From Alphaproteobacteria bacterium (GTDB lineage: Bacteria; Pseudomonadota; Alphaproteobacteria; SHVP01): DNA of 64,000 bases. Location: NCBI GenBank assembly GCA_038116985.1, contig JAYOEZ010000003.1, positions 2,091 to 66,090 on the forward strand, given 5' to 3'. The notes under the pieces were generated by a model. That model did no database searches and had not been told where the DNA came from. It saw only the letters and a list, made by a program, of their open reading frames with translations. Positions 46,111 to 58,711 of the stretch are shown piece after piece (position 1 is the first letter of the stretch; each line of letters opens with the position of its first letter). A program made the position numbers and the translations under genes.

Positions 46111-46251
46111 ATGTCCCTCGCCTCACGACTCACCCTCCTGCTGATCGCCGTCATCATCGTCGGTGGGGCCGTGTTCCTTGCGACTTGGGACATCCCTGCG
46201 CCCACCCGTCAAGTCGAGAAGGTGATGCCAGACAACCGATTCCCGCGGTAG
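46111..46251 (+). CDS. Small single-TM hypothetical protein (46 aa)
   Basis: ATG at 46111 preceded by GAAGAGGA. MSLASRLTLLLIAVIIVGGAVFLATWDIPAP is one clear TM helix. It ends 4 nt before the next gene. Short, so tentative. Confidence 0.4.
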   Translation: MSLASRLTLLLIAVIIVGGAVFLATWDIPAPTRQVEKVMPDNRFPR

Positions 46252-46255
46252 CGCG

Positions 46256-48079
46256 GTGCGGACTTCAGGTGTGAGGCCCTTATTGGCGACGGCGCTGGTC
46301 GCACTTGTCTTGACGGCCTTCTTTCCCGCCCCCGGCGCTGCGCAGCAGGAGTCCGATGGACCGCTTCGCCTCGTTCCGAGCCAGCCAGCGGGCGAGGTCG
46401 AGCAAGTCGATTCGGACGAAACGGAGGGTAGGACCGGTCAGCGCGTGGTCGAAACGACGCCACGGCGCGACCAGACCAGCGTTGCAGTTGTCGAACTTGC
46501 GACCGTGGACCCATCATCGGTCGGCCTGCTGACTCCCGAGAACGGCGGGTTTCCTCTCGGACTGTGGACCGGATCGCGCCGCGAGACCATCGAACGGCTG
46601 ATCCCTCTGATTCCCGATGCGACGCCGTCGAGAACTGCCCAGTCGCTGAGAAGGCGTCTGCTGATGACCGCGGCGCATGTGCCGCGCGGAACGCCGGTCG
46701 CGCCCAGTTTCCTCGGTCTGCGTGTGGAGCGTCTGGCGGCTTCGGGAGCTTATACGGATGCGCTTGCGCTCGCGGCGCTCGCCTCGCCGCAGATTGACGA
46801 TCCGGTCCTTCAGATCGTCGCCGTGGATTCCGCGCTTCTCTCCGGCGATCACGGTCGAGCTTGCGCCGTGGTCGAGGCAGCGCTCCAGGCTGGACGCCGA
46901 TCGCCCTATTGGGTCCGCGCGTTGACGTTTTGCCGTTTACTGTCAGGCGACGCGGAGCGCGCCAGACTCACCGCAGCGATTCTGCGTGAGTTGCCAGGGG
47001 AGTCCGACCAGCCGTTCGACCAGTTGGTTGCCATCCTCGCGGGAGATACAGACGCGCCGCTGGATCAGCTCAACGATCCGACACCGCTGCACTTGGCGAT
47101 GATTCGGGCAGCGCGCCGCGCGATGCCCGATCAGGCGGCTGAATCGGCGCGGCCGGCGATCCTCCGAGCGATCGCGTCCTCCCCTAATGCGTCGATCGAA
47201 GCGCGATTGATCGCCGCGGAAGCTGCCGAACGCGCTGGTGTCCTTCCCGCCGACGCGCTGGCGCAGGTCTACGCGAGTCTGGCCTTCAGCGAAGAACAGC
47301 ATACCAACGCGCTAACTGAAGCTGCGGATTTGCCGCGCCCGCGCGCCAACGCTCTTCTGTTCCAGACGGCGGCATCCGAATCGATCCCGACGGCGCAAGC
47401 CGAAGCGCTGGCGACAGCGCTGCGCCTGGCAGATGCGGCCGGTCACGGTACCCTTGCTCGTGTCAACGCTGGCCGGTTGGCGGCGTTGGTGCCCGACGCC
47501 GACCTCATGTGGTTTGCGAAAGATGCCGGACTTGCACTTCTCCATGCGCAGAACTCTAGTGCGGCGCGCGGCTGGTTCGACCTTGCACGGCTGTCCGTCA
47601 GCGAAGCGCAGCCGGAGCCTGCGGTTGCCGTGCTCACGCTATTGCCCAGCCTGTTCATGGCACCCGCACCTGATGCCGTGCCCTGGGTACCGGACATGAT
47701 GATCGAGTGGTGGCGAGGCGTCGCCGCCATGGAGGGCGGCGCCGCGAGCGCGTTCGGCGGCAGCGCGCTTTCGTTGCTTGACGCGGTTGGGATGGAGGCA
47801 CCAGAGCAGGCCTGGGCCGGCTACATCGAGATCTCTAAGCCCAGCCAGGCACAACGCCCCTCGATGGCGATTTTGCGCGGTCTGCAGCACGCCGGCGAGG
47901 AAGCCAGGGTAGGAGAGGCCATCGTCTTTGCGCTGGTTGCTCTCGGCAATGCACATCCTGCGGACGTAGACTTGGCCACGATCACGTCGGTCGTCGCGAC
48001 CCTCGGCAGGGTCGGTCTTCACGAGGATGCCCGAGGCCTTGCCCTCGAGGCGCTCGTGGGTCGTTCGCTACAGCAATGA
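46256..48079 (+). CDS. Exported Ala/Leu-rich hypothetical protein (607 aa)
   Basis: GTG start with signal peptide (LLATALVALVLTAFFPAPGAAQQ). The rest looks helical-repeat-like, with no motif I can name. Its TGA overlaps the xerD ATG (ATGA). Confidence 0.6.
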   Translation: MRTSGVRPLLATALVALVLTAFFPAPGAAQQESDGPLRLVPSQPAGEVEQVDSDETEGRTGQRVVETTPRRDQTSVAVVELATVDPSSVGLLTPENGGFPLGLWTGSRRETIERLIPLIPDATPSRTAQSLRRRLLMTAAHVPRGTPVAPSFLGLRVERLAASGAYTDALALAALASPQIDDPVLQIVAVDSALLSGDHGRACAVVEAALQAGRRSPYWVRALTFCRLLSGDAERARLTAAILRELPGESDQPFDQLVAILAGDTDAPLDQLNDPTPLHLAMIRAARRAMPDQAAESARPAILRAIASSPNASIEARLIAAEAAERAGVLPADALAQVYASLAFSEEQHTNALTEAADLPRPRANALLFQTAASESIPTAQAEALATALRLADAAGHGTLARVNAGRLAALVPDADLMWFAKDAGLALLHAQNSSAARGWFDLARLSVSEAQPEPAVAVLTLLPSLFMAPAPDAVPWVPDMMIEWWRGVAAMEGGAASAFGGSALSLLDAVGMEAPEQAWAGYIEISKPSQAQRPSMAILRGLQHAGEEARVGEAIVFALVALGNAHPADVDLATITSVVATLGRVGLHEDARGLALEALVGRSLQQ

Positions 48080-48996
48080 GTGTGGGGTCGCTCGAGCTGG
48101 AGCGGTTTCTTGAGATGCTGGCGGCCGAGCGAGGTGTGTCGCCAAGAACGCTTGGTGCCTACGCGCGCGATCTTGAGGGTTTTCTGGAATTCCTGGCCGC
48201 TCGCGGTATCGGTCCAGGTGAGGCTGGCGTTGCTTCGCTGCGCGGGTTCGTATCGGACCTCGGCCAACGGGGCATGGCACAAACGACCATCGCGAGGAAG
48301 ATATCGGCGCTTCGTCAATTCTACCGCTTCCTCGTGGCCGAAGGAGACGTCGAGGATGATCCGAGCCGCATGCTCGATTCGCCGCGCCGCGGGAGGCCTT
48401 TGCCGAAGCTGCTTTCGGCTGCAGAAGTCGATGCCTTGCTTGCGGCAGCTCGCGCGCTCAAAGGCCCCGAGGGCGTCCGCGCCGTTGCCCTGCTCGAGCT
48501 GCTGTATGCAACAGGCGTGCGGGTGAGCGAACTTGTCGGACTGCCCCTTGCTGGGCTCGATCGTGGCGCCGGCATGGTCCTCGTGCGAGGCAAGGGTGGT
48601 CGCGAACGCTACGTGCCCCTGGGTCAGCAGGCTCTTGGCGCTGTCGAGCTATACCTCGAAATCCGTGACGCCTTCGTGCCGACAGGGCGCGCTTCCAATT
48701 GGTTGTTTCCATCGCGCGCGCGGGCAGGCCATCTGACGCGGCAACGGTTCGCGCAGCTGCTCCAGGAGATCGCACTCCTTGCGGATCTCGACCCGGCACG
48801 AGTGTCGCCGCACGTGTTGCGGCACGCATTTGCGTCGCATCTTCTTGAAAATGGCGCGGACCTGCGTTCGGTGCAGCAAATGCTGGGGCACGCGGACATT
48901 TCGACGACGCAGATCTATACCCACGTACTTGAGGAGCGTTTGCGGAGAACGGTCGAAACCCATCATCCTTTGGCCAGGAACATCCCGAATCCGTGA
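48076..48996 (+). CDS. xerD: Site-specific tyrosine recombinase XerD
   Basis: 306 aa. The N-terminal SAM-like domain is LERFLEMLAAERGVSPRTLGAYARDL. Catalytic residues R...HxLRH...Y are present (HVLRHAFASHLLENGADLRSVQQMLGHADISTTQIYTHV). The xerD versus xerC call rests on context near aroK/accA. Confidence 0.8.
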   Translation: MSVGSLELERFLEMLAAERGVSPRTLGAYARDLEGFLEFLAARGIGPGEAGVASLRGFVSDLGQRGMAQTTIARKISALRQFYRFLVAEGDVEDDPSRMLDSPRRGRPLPKLLSAAEVDALLAAARALKGPEGVRAVALLELLYATGVRVSELVGLPLAGLDRGAGMVLVRGKGGRERYVPLGQQALGAVELYLEIRDAFVPTGRASNWLFPSRARAGHLTRQRFAQLLQEIALLADLDPARVSPHVLRHAFASHLLENGADLRSVQQMLGHADISTTQIYTHVLEERLRRTVETHHPLARNIPNP

Positions 48997-49008
48997 TATG
49001 ATGACGAC

Positions 49009-49956
49009 ATGAGTAGCTTTCTGGACTTCGAAAAGCCCGTCGCAGAGCTTGAAGGCAAGATCAAGGAACTGCGCCACACTGCGGACGGCGGGGACGTCAA
49101 CATCTCCGACGAACTTTCGCGCCTAGAAACCAAGGTCGATCAGGTTCTCACTCAGATCTACGGTAGGCTGACGTCGTGGCAGAAGATGCAGGTTGCCAGG
49201 CACCCGGACCGGCCGCATTTCTCAGCCTATGTCGATGCGTTGCTCGACGGCTTCATCCCTTTGAATGGCGACCGCGTTTACGGCAACGATGCCGCGCTGC
49301 TTGGTGGAATCGGTCGTTTCCGTGGCCGCTCGGTTATGGTGATCGGACATGAGAAGGGCAGTGGGACCGAGGGACGCGTTCACCACAACTTTGGCATGGC
49401 GCACCCAGAGGGCTATCGCAAGGCGGTTCGACTGATGGAGATGGCGGACCACTTTTCGCTGCCGGTACTTACGTTCGTTGACACGCCCGGGGCTTATCCT
49501 GGTGTCGAGGCCGAAGAGCGTGGTCAGTCAGAAGCGATCGCCCGCGCGATCGAGGCGTGTCTCAGGCTGGAAGTGCCGCTGATCGCGTCGGTCGTTGGAG
49601 AAGGCGGGTCAGGCGGCGCGGTAGCGCTTGCAACCGCCGACCGCGTGTTGATGTTCGAGCACGCCGTCTACTCGGTCATCTCGCCGGAAGGCTGCGCGTC
49701 GATTCTCTGGCGCAGCGCAGCAAAGGCCCAGGATGCGGCGGAAGCGCTCAAGCTCACCGCGGCAGATCTTAAGAATCTCGGAGTGATTGACACGGTTGTT
49801 CCCGAGCCCCTCGGCGGCGCCCACAGACAGCCGGTCGTTGCGATTGAAACGCTCGGGGACGAGATCGAGCGAACCCTGGATGCCCTCCTCTCGGAGCAGG
49901 CTGGGTCGCGCCGCTTGCGCCGGCGCGAAAAGTTCCTCGAGATGGGCCGCGTCTAG
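49009..49956 (+). CDS. accA: Acetyl-CoA carboxylase carboxyltransferase alpha subunit
   Basis: LDFEKPVAELEGKIKELR, ARHPDRPH and VDTPGAYPGVEAEERGQSEAIAR are canonical AccA blocks. Confidence 0.95.
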   Translation: MSSFLDFEKPVAELEGKIKELRHTADGGDVNISDELSRLETKVDQVLTQIYGRLTSWQKMQVARHPDRPHFSAYVDALLDGFIPLNGDRVYGNDAALLGGIGRFRGRSVMVIGHEKGSGTEGRVHHNFGMAHPEGYRKAVRLMEMADHFSLPVLTFVDTPGAYPGVEAEERGQSEAIARAIEACLRLEVPLIASVVGEGGSGGAVALATADRVLMFEHAVYSVISPEGCASILWRSAAKAQDAAEALKLTAADLKNLGVIDTVVPEPLGGAHRQPVVAIETLGDEIERTLDALLSEQAGSRRLRRREKFLEMGRV

Positions 49957-49963
49957 TTCAGCC

Positions 49964-52693
<2,730 letters not shown>

Positions 52694-52906
52694 CGGAAAA
52701 CCCCGTAATTGCAGTGATTATGGCACCGACGCGAACGCGCGTCCTGAGCGAGAAATAAGGACCGGACCTGCCTGTGTCAACGCAGTGGCGGGCCGTTGGC
52801 GTGCCTCTCAAAGGGACGTTACCGCGCGTATCCCAAAAAAACGATGGGAATGTGGGGCGCTGTGATACAACCGGGCCTTTCCGCCAACTCCCGACGTGAG
52901 GCTTCC

Positions 52907-53752
52907 ATGCACGCACCCACCATTGTCCGCTCGATCGCGGCCGTTCTTCTGGCCGTCGGGGTTGGTGCCGGGACGCCTGCCGTTGCCCAGGATGGCGAGA
53001 AGAACCTTGAGCAGGTGCGGGCCAAGGTAAATGGGGAGGAGATTACCCAAGCTGACGTTGAGGATTTCATCGCCAATTTGGCGCCCCAGGTTCAGGCGGC
53101 GCCACGCGCCCAGATAGAGCCGGCAGTGATCGATCAGCTGATCAACTCGAAGCTGCTCGTCCGCCTGGCGCGTGAGAGCGGGATCGAGGAAGACGAACGC
53201 TACAAGAACCAACTGGAAGCCGTGGCGCTCCGCATTCTCCAAAACGTCTATCTGACACGGCAGATCGAGGAAAGGCTGACCGAAGAGCGTGTTCAGAAAC
53301 TCTACGAGGAATTCGTTGCTGCAAACCCGCCTTCGGAGCAGGTGCGCGCAAGTCACATTCTCGTCGAGCAGAAAGAAGAAGCGCAGGAGATCGCGGAGCG
53401 AGTCCGCGGCGGTGAGGATTTCGGCGAGGTTGCTCGGGAGAAATCGACGGGCCCGTCGGCCAGTTCTGGCGGCGACCTTGGCTATTTCGAACGAGGACAA
53501 ATGGTGCCGACCTTTTCGGAAGCCGCTTTTGCCCTGGATGTCGATCAGATTTCTGATCCCGTGCAGACCCAGTTCGGCTGGCATGTCATCAAGGTGACCG
53601 ATCGCCGCCAGGCGCCGCCGCCCTCGCTGGATGAGATGCGCGAGCAGCTGAATCAGCAACTCACCAACGACATCGTCGACGAGGTGATCAACGGCGCTCG
53701 CGAGGGTGCCGAGATCGCCAAGTTCGATGCCCAAGGCAAGCCGGCCGAGTAG
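52907..53752 (+). CDS. Periplasmic parvulin-type peptidyl-prolyl isomerase (SurA/PpiC-like)
   Basis: The ATG at 52907 gives a signal peptide (IVRSIAAVLLAVGVGAGTPAVAQ). The rotamase domain is VRASHILV...GGDLGYFERGQMVPTFSEAAF...QTQFGWHVIKV. Confidence 0.85.
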   Translation: MHAPTIVRSIAAVLLAVGVGAGTPAVAQDGEKNLEQVRAKVNGEEITQADVEDFIANLAPQVQAAPRAQIEPAVIDQLINSKLLVRLARESGIEEDERYKNQLEAVALRILQNVYLTRQIEERLTEERVQKLYEEFVAANPPSEQVRASHILVEQKEEAQEIAERVRGGEDFGEVAREKSTGPSASSGGDLGYFERGQMVPTFSEAAFALDVDQISDPVQTQFGWHVIKVTDRRQAPPPSLDEMREQLNQQLTNDIVDEVINGAREGAEIAKFDAQGKPAE

Positions 53753-53803
53753 CTGACGATCTAGTTGCCGCCTCGCGCGGCCCGCCCTTAGTATCGGCGG
53801 GTC

Positions 53804-55042
53804 ATGGCAGCAGGCCTTCCACGTTCACCCCTCGCCCCGGCCGCAGTTCCGGCGCTCCCGCCCATCTCGGGCGTTCGCCTCGCCACGGCGCGTGCCGGGA
53901 TTCGCTACGACCGCACGGACGTTCTGCTTGTCGCGCTCGACGAAGGAACCTCGGCGGCCGGCGTGTTCACGCGCTCGAAAACCGCCTCTGCGCCGGTCCT
54001 TTGGTGCCGGGACATCCTGCGAAAGGGAACGGGCCGCGCTGTTCTGGTGAATTCCGGCAACGCCAATGCCTTCACCGGCTACGAGGGGACCCGCGCGGTT
54101 GCGGCGACGACCGCTGCGGTCGCTAGGCTTCTGGAGTGCAGCGCTGACGAGGTGTATGTCAGCTCGACCGGCGTGATCGGCGAGAAGCTGCCGACCGACC
54201 GGATGCTGGCCGCCATGGAGCGTCTTCGTGACGGCCTGAGGGCTGAGGATTGGGCGAATGCCGCCGACGCTATCCGGACCACGGATACTTTTGCCAAAGT
54301 GGCGACCCGTTCATTCAAGATCGGCAACGAGAAATACAATCTGAACGGGATCGCAAAGGGTTCAGGGATGATCGCGCCCGACATGGCGACCATGCTCGGT
54401 TACGCCTTCACCGATGCCGCTATTCCGCACGCAATCCTGCAGGCCGAATTGGCAGCAGCCTGCGACCGTTCCTTCAACGCCATCACTGTCGACAGCGACA
54501 CCTCGACCAGCGATACCGTTCTTCTCTTCGCGACCGGCGCGGGTCCCTCGCATCCGCCGATTTCGGATCGCCGCGATCCGGTGCTTCGCCCTTTCCGGAA
54601 GGCGCTGCGCGAGCTCATGACCGATCTGGCGCACCAGATCGTACGTGATGGCGAAGGCGCATCGAAATTCGTCACCGTGGAAGTGACGGGCGCGAAGTCG
54701 AAGCGGGCCGCGAAGCGGATTGCGATGGCGATCGCGAATTCGCCGCTCGTCAAGACAGCGATCGCCGGTGAGGACCCGAACTGGGGCCGAATCGTCATGG
54801 CAGTCGGCAAGGCCGGTGAGGAAGCCGACCGCGACCAACTGAAGATTGCCTTCGGTGATCATGTCGTGGCGGTCAACGGGGTGGTTGCGCCCGACTATGT
54901 TGAGTCCGATGTCGCGGCCTACATGAAGAATGCCGAGATCGTGATCGGCGTCGATGTTGGCGTCGGCAAGTCGCGTTTCACGGCGTGGACATGCGATTTC
55001 ACCGAGGGCTACATCCGAATCAACGCGGACTATCGGTCGTGA
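53804..55042 (+). CDS. argJ: Bifunctional glutamate N-acetyltransferase / amino-acid acetyltransferase
   Basis: 412 aa with NSGNANAFTG, the autoprocessing site MIAPDMATMLGY, and C-terminal FTEGYIRINADYRS. Confidence 0.95.
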   Translation: MAAGLPRSPLAPAAVPALPPISGVRLATARAGIRYDRTDVLLVALDEGTSAAGVFTRSKTASAPVLWCRDILRKGTGRAVLVNSGNANAFTGYEGTRAVAATTAAVARLLECSADEVYVSSTGVIGEKLPTDRMLAAMERLRDGLRAEDWANAADAIRTTDTFAKVATRSFKIGNEKYNLNGIAKGSGMIAPDMATMLGYAFTDAAIPHAILQAELAAACDRSFNAITVDSDTSTSDTVLLFATGAGPSHPPISDRRDPVLRPFRKALRELMTDLAHQIVRDGEGASKFVTVEVTGAKSKRAAKRIAMAIANSPLVKTAIAGEDPNWGRIVMAVGKAGEEADRDQLKIAFGDHVVAVNGVVAPDYVESDVAAYMKNAEIVIGVDVGVGKSRFTAWTCDFTEGYIRINADYRS

Positions 55043-55101
55043 TCACGGGTCGATACATCGGTGTTTCCTGACGTCGGCTCTTTTCCCGTCACAGCTCGTC
55101 G

Positions 55102-55641
55102 ATGATCACCAAAGCAAAGGAGTTCGCGCCGCTTGAAACGGAGAGGCTGCGGCTGCGCCCATTCGGAGAGACCGATAAGGCGGCGCTCGTCGAGCAGCTC
55201 ACGGATCCGTTGGTCTCGAAGCAACTCGCCTTCGTGCCGCATCCGTATGACGACACTCATGCAGACGCATGGATCAAGGATTGCTTGCGCAACCCGCCGG
55301 GCCGCATTGTCGGGTGCCGCTTTGCCATCGAGCGACGCGACGATGCGCGGTTCGTCGGTGGCCTCGGTCTCTTGCCGCACGGACGGGTGTTCGAACTCGG
55401 CTATTGGCTCGATCGCAGATGTTGGGGGCAAGGGTACGCCACCGAGGCGGTGACCGCGGCGCTAGAGTTCGGGCTCAACGAGCTACGCATGCGGGGAATT
55501 GTAGCCTTCGTCTTCATGGGCAATCCTGCCTCTACGCGCGTGTTGTCGCGGCTCGGCTTTGAGTATCAGGGGCTCGAGCAACCGGCCGAAGGTGCGCAGC
55601 GCAAAGTCTTGCGCTACGTGCTGGAACCGAAGGCGGCATGA
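55102..55641 (+). CDS. GNAT-family N-acetyltransferase (RimJ/RimL-like)
   Basis: 179 aa with TERLRLRPFGETD and YWLDRRCWGQGYATEAV (acetyl-CoA Q/RxxGxG/A region), followed by NPASTRVLSRLGF. Confidence 0.8.
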   Translation: MITKAKEFAPLETERLRLRPFGETDKAALVEQLTDPLVSKQLAFVPHPYDDTHADAWIKDCLRNPPGRIVGCRFAIERRDDARFVGGLGLLPHGRVFELGYWLDRRCWGQGYATEAVTAALEFGLNELRMRGIVAFVFMGNPASTRVLSRLGFEYQGLEQPAEGAQRKVLRYVLEPKAA

Positions 55642-56594
55642 GCGAGCCGCTGTTCTCCGATCGGCTTGTTCTGCGCCGGCCGAGTATGGAGGATGTGCCC
55701 GACCTGGTTCGGCTCCTAGCCGACGAGCAAGTGGTCGCGCACCTTTCTCACGTGCCGTCTCCCTATAGCGAGCAGGACGGGATCAAATACGTACAATCCG
55801 CCGCAGGTGACGGCCCGCTCGACATCGGTGATGCGTTTGCCCTTGAGGACCGGCGCAGCGGCGACATGATCGGCAGCATCGGGCTGCGTCGACTTGCGTT
55901 GCCGGGTGGCAGCGAGGTCGGCGAAATCGGCTACTGGTTGGCCCGAGAAGCCTGGGGCCAGGGGCTGGCGACCGAAGCGGTTCGAACATTCCTGCCATTC
56001 TGCTTTGCATCGGGATGCGAGCGGCTCACGGCGCACGTCAACGTCGAGAACACGGCTTCGCAGCGGGTGCTTCTGAAGAACGGGTTTGCGGAAGTCGGGC
56101 TGTCCGAACTATGGATGCCCGCGCGCGGACGCTCGAACATATCCGTTCTGCTGGAACTCGATGCGGAACGATGGAAGGCATTGGTTTCCGCGGCGCCGCC
56201 TATCCTCACTGTGGTTGCGGTGGCTTTGCTGGACGGCGACGACCGTGTGCTGGTTGCAAAACGGCCTGTGGGAAAGCCGATGGCCGGCCTTTGGGAGTTT
56301 CCCGGCGGCAAGATTCACCAAGGCGAGTCGCCGGAAGCGGCGTTGATCCGGGAGCTGCGCGAGGAACTGGCGATCGACACTGAGCAATCGTGCCTTGCGC
56401 CACTGACCTTTGCGTCACATCGCTACGAATCGTTTCACTTGTTGATGCCGCTCTATGTGTGCCGTGTCTGGCGAGGACAGCCGATAGCCCAGGAGGGCCA
56501 AGAACTCAAATGGGTGTCACTTCGCGCCCTTGATGAACTCCCAATGCCGCCAGCGGACGTGCCGTTGGTCGCGATGCTGCGCGACTACCTCTGA
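55638..56594 (+). CDS. mutT: Fusion: GNAT N-acetyltransferase + MutT/NUDIX 8-oxo-dGTP diphosphatase
   Basis: The N-terminal approximately 170 aa is paralogous to the preceding GNAT (YWLAREAWGQGLATEAV, NTASQRVLLKNGF). The C-terminal approximately 135 aa has the NUDIX box (WEFPGGKIHQGESPEAALIRELREELAI). ATGA overlap with the upstream gene. Confidence 0.85.
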   Translation: MSEPLFSDRLVLRRPSMEDVPDLVRLLADEQVVAHLSHVPSPYSEQDGIKYVQSAAGDGPLDIGDAFALEDRRSGDMIGSIGLRRLALPGGSEVGEIGYWLAREAWGQGLATEAVRTFLPFCFASGCERLTAHVNVENTASQRVLLKNGFAEVGLSELWMPARGRSNISVLLELDAERWKALVSAAPPILTVVAVALLDGDDRVLVAKRPVGKPMAGLWEFPGGKIHQGESPEAALIRELREELAIDTEQSCLAPLTFASHRYESFHLLMPLYVCRVWRGQPIAQEGQELKWVSLRALDELPMPPADVPLVAMLRDYL

Positions 56595-57502
56595 CGGCGC
56601 GGACCAGCTTGCTCCCCCGCTGACCGCTCCTCGGTTTCGAGCGCGTCGGCGAGGCGCGTTGATGCCTGGCCTGGGCGAAGGGGTTTCTGCTGCGAATCAT
56701 GTGGCGCCCAGCCGGTCAGGTAGACCACGTCGAACGTCGCCCGCAATCGTCCATCCGTTGCGAAGCGGTCCCGGTAAATTTCCGCTGCACGCGCGAAGAT
56801 AGCGCGCCGCGAGGTGTGCCGCGATCGCGCGCGCAGCGGGTTGGTTTCGCCCATCGCGCGAAGATCGCGCATCAACGCATTCATTGTGGCGTAGGTCACG
56901 GTGATGCGGTCCTGGTCCGCCACAGGCAGCGCAAATCCGGTGCGCTGAAGCAGGCTGCCGAGGTCGCGCACATCGGCAAACGGTGCGATGCGAGGGCTTA
57001 CGCCCCCAGTTGTGTCGATTTCCGCTTGGGTCAGGCAGGCGCGCAACTCGGTCAGCGTTTCGCCCCCGAACATGGCCGCCAGAAAAAAGCCATCCGGGCG
57101 GAGCGCGCGACGCACTTGAACAAGGACGCCCGGCAAGTCGTTGGCCGTGTGCAACGACAGAATGGACGTAACGAGATTGAGCGATCCGTCGGCGAAAGGC
57201 AGCACCTCCTGGTCGGCAACGGTGGTCAGCGGTCCAGTCGCGAATCCATGGTCCAACGCGAACGAGATCGTCGTCTCGATGCCGCGGGCTGCTTTTGCGC
57301 CGGCGCGCTCGAACCAGTCGGCAGCATCGCCGCGTCCGCTGATGTCGGCCACGACCGGCATCTGCCGCTGCACGTCGAGGAGGCGGTCCGCAACGCGTTG
57401 CGCGATTTCCTCAAATAGAAATCCGCCGGTAGGGTTGTCGCGCAGCGCTCTCATGCGGTGCGCGCGTACCGCGTGGGTATCGAAAAGCGAGTGCTCGTTC
57501 AT
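56585..57502 (-). CDS. Class I SAM-dependent methyltransferase (BioC/NDUFAF5-like)
   Basis: The track ORF reaches 58018, but that part is antisense to comF. The ATG at 57502 (MNEHSLFDTHAVRAHRMRA...) gives 305 aa with methyltransferase-like blocks (PFADGSLNLVTSILSLHTANDLPG, LRPDGFFLAAMFGGETL). Confidence 0.75.
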   Translation of the reverse strand: MNEHSLFDTHAVRAHRMRALRDNPTGGFLFEEIAQRVADRLLDVQRQMPVVADISGRGDAADWFERAGAKAARGIETTISFALDHGFATGPLTTVADQEVLPFADGSLNLVTSILSLHTANDLPGVLVQVRRALRPDGFFLAAMFGGETLTELRACLTQAEIDTTGGVSPRIAPFADVRDLGSLLQRTGFALPVADQDRITVTYATMNALMRDLRAMGETNPLRARSRHTSRRAIFARAAEIYRDRFATDGRLRATFDVVYLTGWAPHDSQQKPLRPGQASTRLADALETEERSAGEQAGPRRQR

Positions 57503-57613
57503 CACCGTGAAGGATCGCAAGATGTCTCGGTCGGCTGCTCTAGCATAGCGCACGTAGTGGCGGCCATCGGGCTCCTCTCGCGAAACCGGCCCTGATTTGT
57601 GCATTGAGCCGGC

Positions 57614-58348
57614 ATGGACCAACTCCTTCGCCGGGGCACCTCCCTCTGGCATAGTTTCATCGACTTCGTTGCGCCGAGAACATGCCCGTCCTGCAGCGCT
57701 CCGGTCATCGGCGCTGCCTTGTGCGGCGCGTGCTGGTCGCAGGCGCGCTTCGTGGCTGAGCCTCTTTGCCACCGTTGCGGTCTGCCCTTCGACTTCGATC
57801 CCGGCGATGGGAGCTGGTGCGGCCGATGCATCGCCACGACGCCTCTCTACGACAGAGCCCGGGCGGCCATGATCTACGACGAGCAGTCGCGCAACCTTGT
57901 CCTCGCGCTCAAGCACGGCGACCGTCACGATCTGGTTCCGCTTCTCGTGCCGCTGCTGCGAACCGCCGGTGGATCCCTGGTTGATCAAGCCGACCTTGTT
58001 GCCGCGGTGCCGCTCCATCCTAGGCGGCTCTTGGAGCGACGGTTCAACCAGTCAGCCCTGCTTGCTGCGGCGCTCGCACGCACCTGCGAGCGTCCCTTCT
58101 CACCTCGGCTGTTACGCCGCACGCGCAATACTCCCTCGCAGGGCGGCTTGGGTGCGGCGGCCCGCAGACGCAACCTGCAGCGCGCCATTGTGATCCCCGA
58201 TCGGATGACCCCAGTCGTGCGCCAGCGCCGTGTCCTCCTCGTGGACAACGTGATGACGACGGGAGCGACGGCAGAAGCCTGCACCAAGGCCCTGCTGCGG
58301 GCCGGTGCCGCGGCCGTCGACGTGCTGACCGTCGCGCGGGTTGCCTGA
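57614..58348 (+). CDS. comF: ComF-family phosphoribosyltransferase-like protein
   Basis: N-terminal double zinc ribbon (CPSCSAPV...CGAC..., CHRCGLPF...CGRC). C-terminal PRT motif VLLVDNVMTTGATAEAC. Confidence 0.85.
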   Translation: MDQLLRRGTSLWHSFIDFVAPRTCPSCSAPVIGAALCGACWSQARFVAEPLCHRCGLPFDFDPGDGSWCGRCIATTPLYDRARAAMIYDEQSRNLVLALKHGDRHDLVPLLVPLLRTAGGSLVDQADLVAAVPLHPRRLLERRFNQSALLAAALARTCERPFSPRLLRRTRNTPSQGGLGAAARRRNLQRAIVIPDRMTPVVRQRRVLLVDNVMTTGATAEACTKALLRAGAAAVDVLTVARVA

Positions 58349-58437
58349 GTCACCGGGAATTGCGGGCCTGCGAGGTTGCAGGATCGCCCGATCGACACCT
58401 AATTTACCGGCAACAGCGTTAGGCAACAGTGAGCACC

Positions 58438-58704
58438 ATGGCCAAGGTCGAAATTTACACAACGATGATGTGCGGCTTCTGCGCGCGCGCGAAGAACCTT
58501 CTCAACAAGAAGGGCGTGGATTTCGAAGAGATCGACGTGACATTTTCCGGGGCCGCGCGAGACGAGATGTCGAAGCGAGCGGATGGGCGCTACACGGTGC
58601 CGCAGATCTTCATCAACGACGAGGGGATCGGTGGTTGTGACGAACTCTACGCGCTGGAACGGGAAGGCGCTCTAGACGCCAAACTGTCGGCGCCTGCCGG
58701 CTAA
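58438..58704 (+). CDS. grxC: Glutaredoxin 3
   Basis: The ATG at 58438 gives MAKVEIYTTMMCGFCARAKNLL (CxxC), then TVPQIFINDEGIGGCDEL. 88 aa. Confidence 0.9.
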   Translation: MAKVEIYTTMMCGFCARAKNLLNKKGVDFEEIDVTFSGAARDEMSKRADGRYTVPQIFINDEGIGGCDELYALEREGALDAKLSAPAG

Positions 58705-58711
58705 CCGCGCT

